Below, piece after piece: positions 39,688-48,670 of a stretch of DNA of 64,000 nucleotides. This DNA comes from Polyangiaceae bacterium. Lineage in GTDB: Bacteria; Myxococcota_A; Polyangia; Polyangiales; Polyangiaceae. Below the pieces are notes generated by a model. It searched no databases and was not told the DNA's origin. It saw only the letters and a list, made by a program, of their open reading frames with translations. Location of the stretch: NCBI GenBank assembly GCA_033763455.1, contig JANRKO010000006.1:512001-576000 (forward strand), given 5' to 3'. The position numbers were made by a program, and so were the translations under genes. How positions within the stretch are numbered: the stretch's first letter is position 1; the number at the start of each line of letters is the position of its first letter.

Positions 39688-40539
39688 ATGAACTCACATC
39701 GTCATGTTTATCCTGCGAGCGTTTTTCTGATCACTCTAGTCGGCAATGTTGCGATCGCAGCAGCTCAAGATGCCGCTGCTCCGACGGCGGCGAGCACGGG
39801 TGCCGTTGCAACTTCGCCTTCACCGGTGGCTGAAGCACAACCCTCTGGTGCACAGCTGGCACCGGCTCCCACGGCACCCGCCCCATCTTCGGGTGCTCCG
39901 GTGCAAGCAGAGGCAAGCAGTCAACCAGCGGAGTCGCAAGCCCCGAAGATCAACGTGGCCGTACCAGCTCCGCAGCCCGAGGTGCCGCGCACGTATCAAA
40001 TGCACGATGGCTTTTACTTGCGGGGCAACCTGGGCATTGGGCAGCTTTCCACCACGTTTGATGATGGCAGCGCGAGCAGCCAAGATCTCGAGGGGGCGGG
40101 CTTTGCGTTCAGCTTTGATCTCCTGGCAGGAGGGTCTCCTTCTCCTGGCCTTTCCATCGGGGGAGCGCTCTTGAGTTCGGCGGCGTTTTCAGCTTCTTTT
40201 GAGCGCGCAGGGCTGAAGGCGGACCGCGACGCCAGCCTGGCCATGTTGGGAGTGTTCGTAGATGGTTATCCGAAGGCTAACGGCGGTTGGCACTTGGGAG
40301 GGGCAATGGGTCTCGCGCAAATGAAGGTCGAAAAGCGGGCCGGTGACTTGGGGAAGGATGCCATGGGAGGCTTGGGTGGAGCGGCGTGGGTTGGCTATGA
40401 TCAGTGGGTAGCTGATGAGTGGAGCATGGGCGGCCTCCTACGTTTCGCTGGCGCGCTCACCTCAGCCAAAGAGAACAGCGTGGAAACGAGTGCCTCAACC
40501 TTCTCAACAACACTCATGTTTACAACGCTCTACAACTAG
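39688..40539 (+). CDS. Putative outer-membrane beta-barrel protein
   Basis: Signal peptide, Ala/Pro linker, HDGFYLR, GYDQWV and beta-strand pattern. Confidence 0.7.
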   Translation: MNSHRHVYPASVFLITLVGNVAIAAAQDAAAPTAASTGAVATSPSPVAEAQPSGAQLAPAPTAPAPSSGAPVQAEASSQPAESQAPKINVAVPAPQPEVPRTYQMHDGFYLRGNLGIGQLSTTFDDGSASSQDLEGAGFAFSFDLLAGGSPSPGLSIGGALLSSAAFSASFERAGLKADRDASLAMLGVFVDGYPKANGGWHLGGAMGLAQMKVEKRAGDLGKDAMGGLGGAAWVGYDQWVADEWSMGGLLRFAGALTSAKENSVETSASTFSTTLMFTTLYN

Positions 40540-40619
40540 CAGCGAAACGGGCAGAGCGAGCACGGAGCTTGGGCCGCGCAGTGGGGTGGCCACCGGTGTG
40601 GCATACGGGGGCAGCGTGG

Positions 40620-40925
40620 GGGACGGAAGACGGGGGCCGCTGAAACGTGCTAGGCGCGCCGAGGCAAAGGGGATCCCGCGCGGCTACAGATACTTGCCAT
40701 ACGAGCCATACGAAGTATCCGCATTGACGCAGCGAAGGGCACCGGGCCCGGTTGCTGATATGCGGGGGCCGGGGAGGCAAGGGGGTAACACGCGGCTACA
40801 GATACTTGTCATGCGAAGTATTCGTGACGACGCCAGAAAGGGGACCAGGGGAGGCCGCTGAAATGCAGACGGCCGGAGGCAAAGGGGGTTTTGCGCCGCC
40901 ACAGATACTTGTCATGATTCGAAGA
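40620..40925 (+). repeat. Degenerate ~103-bp tandem repeat, 3 copies
   Basis: Blocks GGCCGCTGAAA / GAGGCAA(A)GGGG / CAGATACTTG recur; CAGATACTTG at 40687, 40799 and 40902 (spacing 112 and 103; copy 1 has a 9-bp internal duplication). Confidence 0.85.
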
Positions 40926-41034
40926 CTGCCTTCGGTCCAGCGAGGCGCGAAGTGTCACGCGTTGCCGCACGCGTTGCCGCGTGGTATTCCAGGGCTGCGA
41001 TAACGCGTTGCTCGAATGCGATGTCGTTAGGTGA

Positions 41035-43137
41035 TTACTCTAGAAGCTGCGTGGTGCGGATGCCGCGAATGGGCCAGAGGGTGATGTGGGTGCGGCCCAG
41101 GTGAGCCTTTTGGAAGGGACCCGGCAAGAGGGCTTCGGGGTTGTAGGGCTGTCCGCGGAAATCTTTGTCGACGCCTGCAACGGGGGAGCACTTTACCTTG
41201 AAGAGGTTTTCGTCGAAATCGAACTGCCAGGAGACGTTGCGTGAGCCGAGGCCGTCCCGGTTGGTTTTCATTTCGGCGCTGTTGGCTTCGTGCCCGAGAA
41301 CTCTCCAGAGCTCCAAGGGAAGCAGGAAATTTTCCTTCCACCATTTGAAGTTGGGCCAATCTTCGCGCGGAATGCCGTGTTTTTCGAGCTCTGCTTGGAA
41401 CATGCTCGCGACGTAGTCTGGCGTTTGTGCGGGGCCAACCGCCCATTCAGGTTCTTGGCCCATGTGGGATTTATTCGTCACCTGAAAGAGCGGGCGCGAA
41501 GCCTTTGAGCCTTCATCGAGGTACTCGCCGCCACCCATAAAGAGGTTGCCGTCGGAGACGTTGCGGCCACCACAGCTGTACGGGATGGGGTACCCAATGG
41601 CCCCCACGCGGTTGCCGAGGATGAGATTGTTGAAGATTTTGAGATCCCAGCAGCCATCTTCAGGCTTCACCCGTGGCGTGCAATACGCAAACCAGAAGCC
41701 GAAATTGGCGTTTGCGTAGACGAGGTTGTGCGCGAACGTTACGTCTGCCAAATCGTGCCCATAGATGCCGTTTCCTTGGCGAGTGAAGGCAATGATGTTG
41801 TTGTCGACCAGGGCGGGGCCGCGGCCAAGCTCTACGTTGATGCCGCTCCACATGTTGTTCAAGATCACGTTGCGGGTGACTCGCGTGTCGTTCCACTGAT
41901 TATCGAGCCAGATGCCGTGAGCCTCGTTGTCGCGTACAAGGTTGCCCTCGATGAGCCCTTCGTAGATCTGGTGGAATTTGATGCCGGCAAACTCCCAGTA
42001 CGGGGAAGTGTAGCCGGTGCGGTTGTTGCGTTCGACTACATTGCCGATCACCTGCGTGCGATAGTGCCCGATACCTGTGAGGCCGCAGTGCCCATTATCC
42101 GCGATGCGGTTATCGCGAATGATGTGATTGCCAGGGATGTCCTCGGGGAACTTCCCCTCGCGGAAGCATCGATTTACCTTGCCGCAAACGTCCCCCAAGG
42201 GCCCGCGGTTTTCAATGATCTCCTTGCGGCCTTCCGATCCGCAATCGATGCCCACACTCTTGGCGTAACGCACGGTATTTTGTTCAATGATCCAGTGGTG
42301 GCCGCTGCGCGTGGAGAGGATCCCGATTTGCGCGAATGCGTTGTCGCCCCAACAGGGAAAGTGGTTCGCACCGTGCTCGATGATAAAGCCGCGCACTGTG
42401 ATGTAGCCCAAGCCTCGTTCGAGAGGGGCGAACACCGTGTGCCGGGTGGCGAGCTCTACTAGGCGCTCTTCCTTCGGGATGTCGGACTCCGGGAAATGCA
42501 CAAGCAGGCTCTCGCCATCGAGATCCACCAGCCAAGTGCCTGGTAATTCGTAGAGCTCCTTGAGCTCCTGCACCTCGGTAAGCGGCCTGCCATCGATGAA
42601 GATTTGGCCGAGCGTGGTCGGGATACGATCTGGATTTTCGATGTTGCGGTGGTTCAATACCAAGCCCGAGGATTTGTCGTCTGGGCGCACCTCTTGATTG
42701 GGCACGAAGGGCCGAACCACGTGGCCGCGGTTGAAGTTGCGTTTGTAGGGGTTGCAGTCGCCAAAAGTGGCCGTGTCTACGTGGCCTGCATACGCCTGCG
42801 CACCGAACATGGAGCTCGGGATAGCGCCGCGAAAAACGCTGGGATGATCGGCAAGCGGTTGCCAGGTGGGTCGATATTCATCAGAACCGCGCAGAAACAC
42901 TTGCTCACCAGGCGCGGCTTCGTACGTGATGCGCGCCGTGGGTGTACCGCCGCGTTTGGGATCGACCCGTTCGCGGTAGATGCCGGCGTGCACGCGCACG
43001 GTATCTCCAGGTTCAGCTAACTCGGCGGCGCGATTGACCGTCAGAAAAGGGCTTTCGAGCGTGCCAGGGTTCTTGTCGCTCGCGCTCGGGTGGCGTTGAT
43101 TCACGTGCAGAAGGCGGCCAGATGCAGTTTGAGTCAT
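41035..43137 (-). CDS. Right-handed beta-helix protein (DUF1565 / GH120-like)
   Basis: VHAGIYRERV, RITYEAAPGE, AGIKFH, GIWLD and repeated I..N.I..N units. Confidence 0.75.
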   Translation of the reverse strand: MTQTASGRLLHVNQRHPSASDKNPGTLESPFLTVNRAAELAEPGDTVRVHAGIYRERVDPKRGGTPTARITYEAAPGEQVFLRGSDEYRPTWQPLADHPSVFRGAIPSSMFGAQAYAGHVDTATFGDCNPYKRNFNRGHVVRPFVPNQEVRPDDKSSGLVLNHRNIENPDRIPTTLGQIFIDGRPLTEVQELKELYELPGTWLVDLDGESLLVHFPESDIPKEERLVELATRHTVFAPLERGLGYITVRGFIIEHGANHFPCWGDNAFAQIGILSTRSGHHWIIEQNTVRYAKSVGIDCGSEGRKEIIENRGPLGDVCGKVNRCFREGKFPEDIPGNHIIRDNRIADNGHCGLTGIGHYRTQVIGNVVERNNRTGYTSPYWEFAGIKFHQIYEGLIEGNLVRDNEAHGIWLDNQWNDTRVTRNVILNNMWSGINVELGRGPALVDNNIIAFTRQGNGIYGHDLADVTFAHNLVYANANFGFWFAYCTPRVKPEDGCWDLKIFNNLILGNRVGAIGYPIPYSCGGRNVSDGNLFMGGGEYLDEGSKASRPLFQVTNKSHMGQEPEWAVGPAQTPDYVASMFQAELEKHGIPREDWPNFKWWKENFLLPLELWRVLGHEANSAEMKTNRDGLGSRNVSWQFDFDENLFKVKCSPVAGVDKDFRGQPYNPEALLPGPFQKAHLGRTHITLWPIRGIRTTQLLE

Positions 43138-43207
43138 GGGAAGGCGAGCCTACTCTAGGCTCGCACCACCGCGAAACCGGGTATTCTAAGTTATGCGTAG
43201 TTCGGCC

Positions 43208-43612
43208 TTAGGCCATTGCGCGTCGCTTGCCGCGTAGCACGACTTGATATTCAGAAACGTCGAAGCCCTCTAACTGCTCGACATGCTTTACCTGAAGGCG
43301 TTCCCAGGGGATGTCAAATATCTCGCCTGTTTGTTCATCAACGAGGTGATGGTGCGGCGCCATGACCGGATCAAACACAACTTTCCCCTCTGTGAGCACC
43401 AACTCACGCAGGAGGCCCGTTTCGACAAATAGGTTGAGAGTGTTGTAGACCGTAGCGCGCGAAACCATAGGGAAGTGCTCGCGCACGCGGGCCCAAACCG
43501 CATCCGCGGAAGGGTGTTCGCTTGTCTTCAACACGTAGTCTGCGACCGCTAGGCGCTGCGCGGAGGGGGTAATGCCGCGACTCTTCAGCAAATCGACCGG
43601 TGGTACGCTCAC
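43208..43612 (-). CDS. Fur-family regulator (Irr/PerR-like, no CxxC)
   Basis: QRLAV, HPSAD, SRATVYNTL, HHHL. Confidence 0.9.
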   Translation of the reverse strand: MSVPPVDLLKSRGITPSAQRLAVADYVLKTSEHPSADAVWARVREHFPMVSRATVYNTLNLFVETGLLRELVLTEGKVVFDPVMAPHHHLVDEQTGEIFDIPWERLQVKHVEQLEGFDVSEYQVVLRGKRRAMA

Positions 43613-43616
43613 GCAT

Positions 43617-43631
43617 TTAGACTAAGTCTAA
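43617..43631. promoter_or_regulatory. 7-1-7 Fur-family operator (putative autoregulation)
   Basis: Perfect TTAGACT-A-AGTCTAA, 4 nt upstream of the GTG start. Confidence 0.7.
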
Positions 43632-43762
43632 CTCCCCGGATCGTCAAGAAAGGCCGGAAAACGGTGAGATTCGGGACTCGGGTACCTTGGCCGCAACGAC
43701 GGAGCCCTCGGGCTTTGGGTTCGCACTTGCCCAGGGAACGTGGGGTCGATTATCCGGACGCG

Positions 43763-45061
43763 ATGCCTCGAATCACAGATCTGGTTGCGCGCGACATTCG
43801 TTTCCCCACTTCTCGTCATCTGGACGGCTCCGACGCAATGAACCCCGACCCAGATTATTCGGCCGCTTACGTCACGCTAAAGACGGACGACCCCGAAGGC
43901 CGAGAAGGCAGCGGGATGACCTTCACGATTGGACGAGGCAACCAACTGTGCGTGGCCGCCATCGAGGCGCTGAAACCTCTTGTTGTGGGGCGCACTCTCG
44001 AATCCTTCACCGAAGATATGGGGAAATTCTGGCACCACATTACGGGTGACAGCCAGCTCCGTTGGGTGGGCCCAGACAAGGGCGTGATCCACTTGGCAAC
44101 GGCTGCTGTGGTTAACGCGGTGTGGGACCTCTGGGGTAAGATGGAAAAGAAGCCGGTGTGGCGGCTCGTGGCCGATTTTACCCCCGAAGAATTCGTGAGG
44201 TGTATTGATTTTTCGTACATCGAAGACGCCATCACCAAAGAAGAGGCGATTGCGATCCTCACGAAGAACCAGGTCGGCAAAGCCGCACGCATCGCCGAGA
44301 TGGAGGCGAACGGCTACCCCACCTACACTACCTCCGCAGGTTGGCTTGGCTATTCTGATGAGAAACTGCGCACCTTGTGCCGCGGCTTGATGGCGCGCGG
44401 TTGGAAGAACTTTAAGATCAAAGTGGGGCGCGATCTGGCGGACGATATTCGCCGTTGCAGCATTTTGCGCGAGGAAATTGGGCCGGATGGCATCTTGATG
44501 GTGGACGCCAATCAGGTGTGGGGAGTGAACCAGGCCATCGAATGGATGAAACACCTGGTGCAGTACAAGCCCCACTTCATTGAGGAGCCCACCAGCCCCG
44601 ATGACATCTTGGGCCACGCCGCGATCGCGAAAGCTGTGGCTCCCGTGAAAGTTGCCACCGGGGAGATGTGCCACAACCGCGTGATGTTCAAGCAATTCAT
44701 GCAGGCGGGCGGCATGGGGATCTGCCAGATCGATTCCTGCCGTTTGGGCGGCGTGAACGAGATCTTGAGCGTGCTTTTGATGGCCAAAAAATTCAATATT
44801 CCGGTTTGGCCGCACGCGGGTGGTGTTGGGCTTTGCGAATACGTGCAGCACCTCTCAGTGATTGATTACGTGTGCGTGAGTGCCGATCTCACGGGACGCC
44901 TCACCGAATACGCCGATCACCTGCACGAGCACTTTGTGGATCCGATCGTGACCAAGAACGGCAACTACATGCCGCCGAAGGCTCCGGGCTACAGCGCGAC
45001 GATGTTGCCCGCCACTTTGGAGGAATTTGCGTTCCCCAAGGGGAAGGCCTGGCAGAGCTGA
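43763..45061 (+). CDS. L-fuconate dehydratase (enolase superfamily)
   Basis: DIRFPTS..LDGSDAMNPDPDYS, YTTSAGWLGY, KIKVG, DANQ, EEPTSPDD, PHAGGVGLCE. Confidence 0.9.
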   Translation: MPRITDLVARDIRFPTSRHLDGSDAMNPDPDYSAAYVTLKTDDPEGREGSGMTFTIGRGNQLCVAAIEALKPLVVGRTLESFTEDMGKFWHHITGDSQLRWVGPDKGVIHLATAAVVNAVWDLWGKMEKKPVWRLVADFTPEEFVRCIDFSYIEDAITKEEAIAILTKNQVGKAARIAEMEANGYPTYTTSAGWLGYSDEKLRTLCRGLMARGWKNFKIKVGRDLADDIRRCSILREEIGPDGILMVDANQVWGVNQAIEWMKHLVQYKPHFIEEPTSPDDILGHAAIAKAVAPVKVATGEMCHNRVMFKQFMQAGGMGICQIDSCRLGGVNEILSVLLMAKKFNIPVWPHAGGVGLCEYVQHLSVIDYVCVSADLTGRLTEYADHLHEHFVDPIVTKNGNYMPPKAPGYSATMLPATLEEFAFPKGKAWQS

Positions 45062-45115
45062 GCTGGGGCAAGGCTCGCGCGCTACCGCAGAACGCGGCAG
45101 AGAGCTCAGCGCGCC

Positions 45116-46033
45116 CTACCCCTGCCGCGTCGACATGTAGGCTTGTTCGAGGCTATTTCCGGGGCGTACCTCTAAGAGGCGTGCCCCGGCCTCCAGTAGC
45201 CGGGGGATGACGATGTTATTCACATCAGCCACGGACATGCCAGTAGGCCCTTCCACTTGGAGAGAGCTGCCGTTGGCTTGAACGTGCATTCCCGGCAGGT
45301 CGAGCTGAAGTGGGGCTTCGAGGTGATAGGTGACGTGGGCCGAGCGCTGCGTGACTTCGCTCAATGAACCCGAGAGCACGAGCTTGCCGCGTTGCAGGAA
45401 GATCACGTGGTCGCACACGTTTTCGAGCTCCGCTAAATTGTGCGAACTTACGATGAGCGTGCGTTCGCCGCGTTGAGCCAAAATGAGCTCGCGCATTTGC
45501 AAAACGAGCTCTGGATCTAGCCCGTTGGTGGGTTCATCTAGCAGCACGAGTTCGGGCCTGCCGAGCAACGCTTGCCCCACGGCCACCCGGCGCTTCATCC
45601 CGTGCGAAAGCTGGCGCAGCTTAGCACCTTGGCGATCGAGGAGGCCCACGCGTTCCAAGATCCTATCCGTATCGCGCAGCGCCGCGCCGTGACTCATGCC
45701 TTGAAGCCGTGCGAAGTGCACAAGGATTTCGCGCACGGTACTGTGTGGCGCGAGCTCGCAATCCTGAGGGACGACGGTGACTTTGCCGGCGTGTTTGTTC
45801 GGATCGAATGGCCCCATGCCGAGGATGTCGAGGGAGCCACTGTCGGCGTGAATGAGGCCAGCAAAAATGCTGAAAGCAGTGGTCTTGCCGGCGCCGTTGG
45901 GCCCGATGAGGCCGGTGATGCTGCCTTTGGGAATGTCGACGGTGAGCCCATCGAGCGCACGCAATTTCCCATAACGTTTGACTACCGCGTGGGCACGCAG
46001 CGCATAGCTGGTAGGCATCCTACTGCTAACCAT
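45116..46033 (-). CDS. ABC transporter ATP-binding protein
   Basis: GPNGAGKT, LSHGM, LLDEPT, SSH. Confidence 0.92.
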   Translation of the reverse strand: MVSSRMPTSYALRAHAVVKRYGKLRALDGLTVDIPKGSITGLIGPNGAGKTTAFSIFAGLIHADSGSLDILGMGPFDPNKHAGKVTVVPQDCELAPHSTVREILVHFARLQGMSHGAALRDTDRILERVGLLDRQGAKLRQLSHGMKRRVAVGQALLGRPELVLLDEPTNGLDPELVLQMRELILAQRGERTLIVSSHNLAELENVCDHVIFLQRGKLVLSGSLSEVTQRSAHVTYHLEAPLQLDLPGMHVQANGSSLQVEGPTGMSVADVNNIVIPRLLEAGARLLEVRPGNSLEQAYMSTRQG

Positions 46034-46928
46034 CGCGCCTCGAAAACCGCCAATACCCGAGCGTGAAGAAGAGGGCTCCGAGGCCGAGCAACATGACCTC
46101 CGCCGACAATCGAGACAGAACCTCAGGACGCCACAAGTCTAAACGGTGGGCGCCCGGAAAAAGCTCCTGCAACGTAGGAATGAGCACCGGCGCTTTGGCG
46201 CGCACCTTCTCGATATCCAGCAGATGGTAGCCTGCGGTGAACGCAAACCACAGGAGAATGCCGCCCGCCCGCGCCAGATTCACCGACGGGGTAAGCTGGG
46301 ACACCAGAAACGCAACTCCGAGGAAGGCGAACCCAAAAAAACACGTTCGGAGCGACAAAACGGCCGTCCAATACGCCGTCCCAAGTGGGTCGAATGAGGC
46401 GAAACTAAAAGCTCCGAGCACGTAGCAAGCCAGGCCGCCCAGGAAGACGCCCACCACCATGAGCCCCACTTGCCCGAAGAATTTCCCTAACGCAAAGCTC
46501 AGCTTGTCGCAGCGGAAAAGCGAGTAGCGCACGGCTCCTGTCGAAACCTCCAGCGCGATGGTATCGCTCGCACTGAGAACCACCAAAAGCGGCACCAACC
46601 CAAGCGCGAACGCGCCGTAGAATAATGCGAGTGGTGGCAGAGTCACCAGCTCTTCGGCGAGCTTCGCGTCACCCACCATGCCAGTGAGGATCCTCCGAAA
46701 CTGATCGCTCTCGAAAAGCGTCGAGGTCATGGTGCCCACCTGGGCCGTGCGCGCCACTGCTAGCGTATCCGCCAACGCACCTTCGATTGCCTCCACTGTG
46801 CGAATGAAGAGCGCCGTGCCGGCGAGCGACGCAGTCAGGTAAAGGATCAAAAGTGCGAGCGCCTTCTTCGAGCGCATCGCGTCCCACAGCTCAAAGCGGG
46901 CAACCAGGGCTATGGAGCGGAGCTTCAT
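46026..46928 (-). CDS. ABC-2 type permease
   Basis: About 6 hydrophobic segments, D.IA.E..G, GKF, C-terminal F.RRD; overlaps the ATPase gene. Confidence 0.85.
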   Translation of the reverse strand: MKLRSIALVARFELWDAMRSKKALALLILYLTASLAGTALFIRTVEAIEGALADTLAVARTAQVGTMTSTLFESDQFRRILTGMVGDAKLAEELVTLPPLALFYGAFALGLVPLLVVLSASDTIALEVSTGAVRYSLFRCDKLSFALGKFFGQVGLMVVGVFLGGLACYVLGAFSFASFDPLGTAYWTAVLSLRTCFFGFAFLGVAFLVSQLTPSVNLARAGGILLWFAFTAGYHLLDIEKVRAKAPVLIPTLQELFPGAHRLDLWRPEVLSRLSAEVMLLGLGALFFTLGYWRFSRRDG

Positions 46929-47752
46929 GGGGTTGGTTGAGAAGCCGAGCCCGAGGGGGCTGGAGGAAAAGCGGTGCCAGCATCACTAGCTTCACGGCGA
47001 GCTCTCATCGTTTCTGCGGCGCCTTTGAACATTTCTAGGTCCACATAGTTCCAAATTTGCTTGCTTGGGGCATCGACCTTTTCGAGCGGTTCGGGGCCGA
47101 CCGTGGCCTCGAACTCCGTTTGGCCTTTGTACAGAATGGCGCTCACTTCTTGGCTTACATAGAGGAGCTCCAGCGGTTGGGGCTCTTGCTCGGCTGAGGC
47201 GAGCTGTGTGAGCTGATCCGCGAAGGGAGCGAGCTCTTTGTTCATCTTGAGAACCACTTCATCCACGCGTGCAAGCTGCTCGTCGCTAAGGTTGGCCTTT
47301 TCCTTGAGAGCTGCGCGTGACTGTTGAGCGCGCACCTTCTGAACGGCAGCGGCTGCTTCAAAGCCCTCCCGGCGTTGCCTTTCGTTGCCATCGTCTGACT
47401 CTGACACTTCGGACGGCGGATTGGGGCGAGGCTCCTCGCTCGTGGGCGCCCCTTCGCGCTCCCGAGGCGGACGCCACCAACGGCGAGGGCGTTCCTCGCG
47501 GGGGCGCTCTTTGGGCTGATTGCCAGCTGCGTTGCCGGATCCGGGGCGTTGCCCCAAATCACCGAAACCTGGGATTGGAAGGAAGCGAGCGCTGGAACCA
47601 GAAGAGCGACGCCCACTCTTCAGCTGCTCGCGTGCGTCGCTTAACTCCGTACGGAGTTGCTCGGCTTCGATGCGTGGGCGAACACCACCGAGCAGGAACC
47701 CAACTACGAGGCCCACGACACTTCCTCCCAGGATCAGGCTGCCTCGACGCAT
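46925..47752 (-). CDS. Hypothetical membrane-anchored helical protein
   Basis: N-terminal TM helix; 4-bp overlap with the permease gene. Confidence 0.7.
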   Translation of the reverse strand: MRRGSLILGGSVVGLVVGFLLGGVRPRIEAEQLRTELSDAREQLKSGRRSSGSSARFLPIPGFGDLGQRPGSGNAAGNQPKERPREERPRRWWRPPREREGAPTSEEPRPNPPSEVSESDDGNERQRREGFEAAAAVQKVRAQQSRAALKEKANLSDEQLARVDEVVLKMNKELAPFADQLTQLASAEQEPQPLELLYVSQEVSAILYKGQTEFEATVGPEPLEKVDAPSKQIWNYVDLEMFKGAAETMRARREASDAGTAFPPAPSGSASQPTP

Positions 47753-47824
47753 GGGCGAAGTGTAAGGTCGCCGGGAGCGCGGGAGGAGGGGTGAGCTCCG
47801 AAAATGAGTGTTCCTGGGGGCTGA

Positions 47825-48586
47825 TTAAGCGCGAGCCTCGGCCGGGTAACGCATTTTCTGGGGGGAATCGAGCTGGATAATGCCAACGGCGGCGAGGAGT
47901 CGAATCACCGGATAGGTGGGGTCGAGCTCAAAGCGGCGCACGGCGAAGTTCGGCGACATCGCGAATTTGTGGTGGTTGTTCTGGAACAGCTCGCCCATGC
48001 ATAGGAAATCAATGGGGAGGGCGTTCGTGGAATCATCGTCGTTTTTGTAGTTGCGGTAGCCGTATTTGTGCCCGCCCCAATTGACCATGGCGCCGTGGAT
48101 TGGGCCCATGATGAAGTGCAGAGGCAGGAGGGCAAACATCCAGGCGGCGGTCGCGAACTTGAAATAGAAAAGCGTGTAAAGAGCTATCCAACTGAGGCGC
48201 ATGATCCAGTTCTGGCTCAAGCGATCGAGCGCGGGCCAATCAGGCACGTTGGTAACAAAACGTGGCTCGGGCTCTTCGCGACGATAGGCGAATTTATCGT
48301 ACCGGAGCTTGGTTGCCCACATCATCGAGAATGCGTTGCGGTAGAACCTCGGGGAATGCGGATCTCGCTCGGTATCGCTGTATGCGTGGTGCATGCGGTG
48401 GATAATGGCGTACGCACGCGTCGACAGAAAGCTTGAGCCCTGCGCGAGGAAGGTTCCCAGGTGGAATGCCCTTTCCCAGCCCTGGCTCATGGTGAACTGC
48501 TGATGCGCGCCGTAGCGATGCAAGAAGAAGCTCTGGAAAAACACACTCACTTGCCAGTGAACGATGAAGGCGATGATGATGATCAC
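47825..48586 (-). CDS. Fatty acid (acyl-CoA, delta-9-like) desaturase
   Basis: His boxes LHRYGAH, HRMHH, NNHH; DPHSP; start taken at GTG 48586 (ORF open to 48652). Confidence 0.9.
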   Translation of the reverse strand: MIIIIAFIVHWQVSVFFQSFFLHRYGAHQQFTMSQGWERAFHLGTFLAQGSSFLSTRAYAIIHRMHHAYSDTERDPHSPRFYRNAFSMMWATKLRYDKFAYRREEPEPRFVTNVPDWPALDRLSQNWIMRLSWIALYTLFYFKFATAAWMFALLPLHFIMGPIHGAMVNWGGHKYGYRNYKNDDDSTNALPIDFLCMGELFQNNHHKFAMSPNFAVRRFELDPTYPVIRLLAAVGIIQLDSPQKMRYPAEARA

Positions 48587-48670
48587 GATAGTTCCGGGGG
48601 GGGCGGCTAGAGGTTCCGGAGCTTGGCCCATCCGGCGCCTCCGGACTGTCATAGTTCTGTAAGAATCAAC

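Noticed and set aside
40689..40719. loxP-like site (ATACGAAGT resemblance)
   Set aside because: Only a short partial match, lacking the 13-bp arms; no recombinase gene nearby
40620..40925. CRISPR array or c-di-GMP riboswitch tandem
   Set aside because: The whole unit is homologous between copies, so there are no spacers; the GAAA and GCAAA bits do not fit the GEMM stems by eye and the locus lies between convergent 3' ends
40957..40981. 12-bp direct repeat CACGCGTTGCCG x2
   Set aside because: Short slippage-type duplication with no evidence of function
43877..44851. 324-aa minus-strand ORF
   Set aside because: Antisense shadow of the fuconate dehydratase with no recognisable motifs
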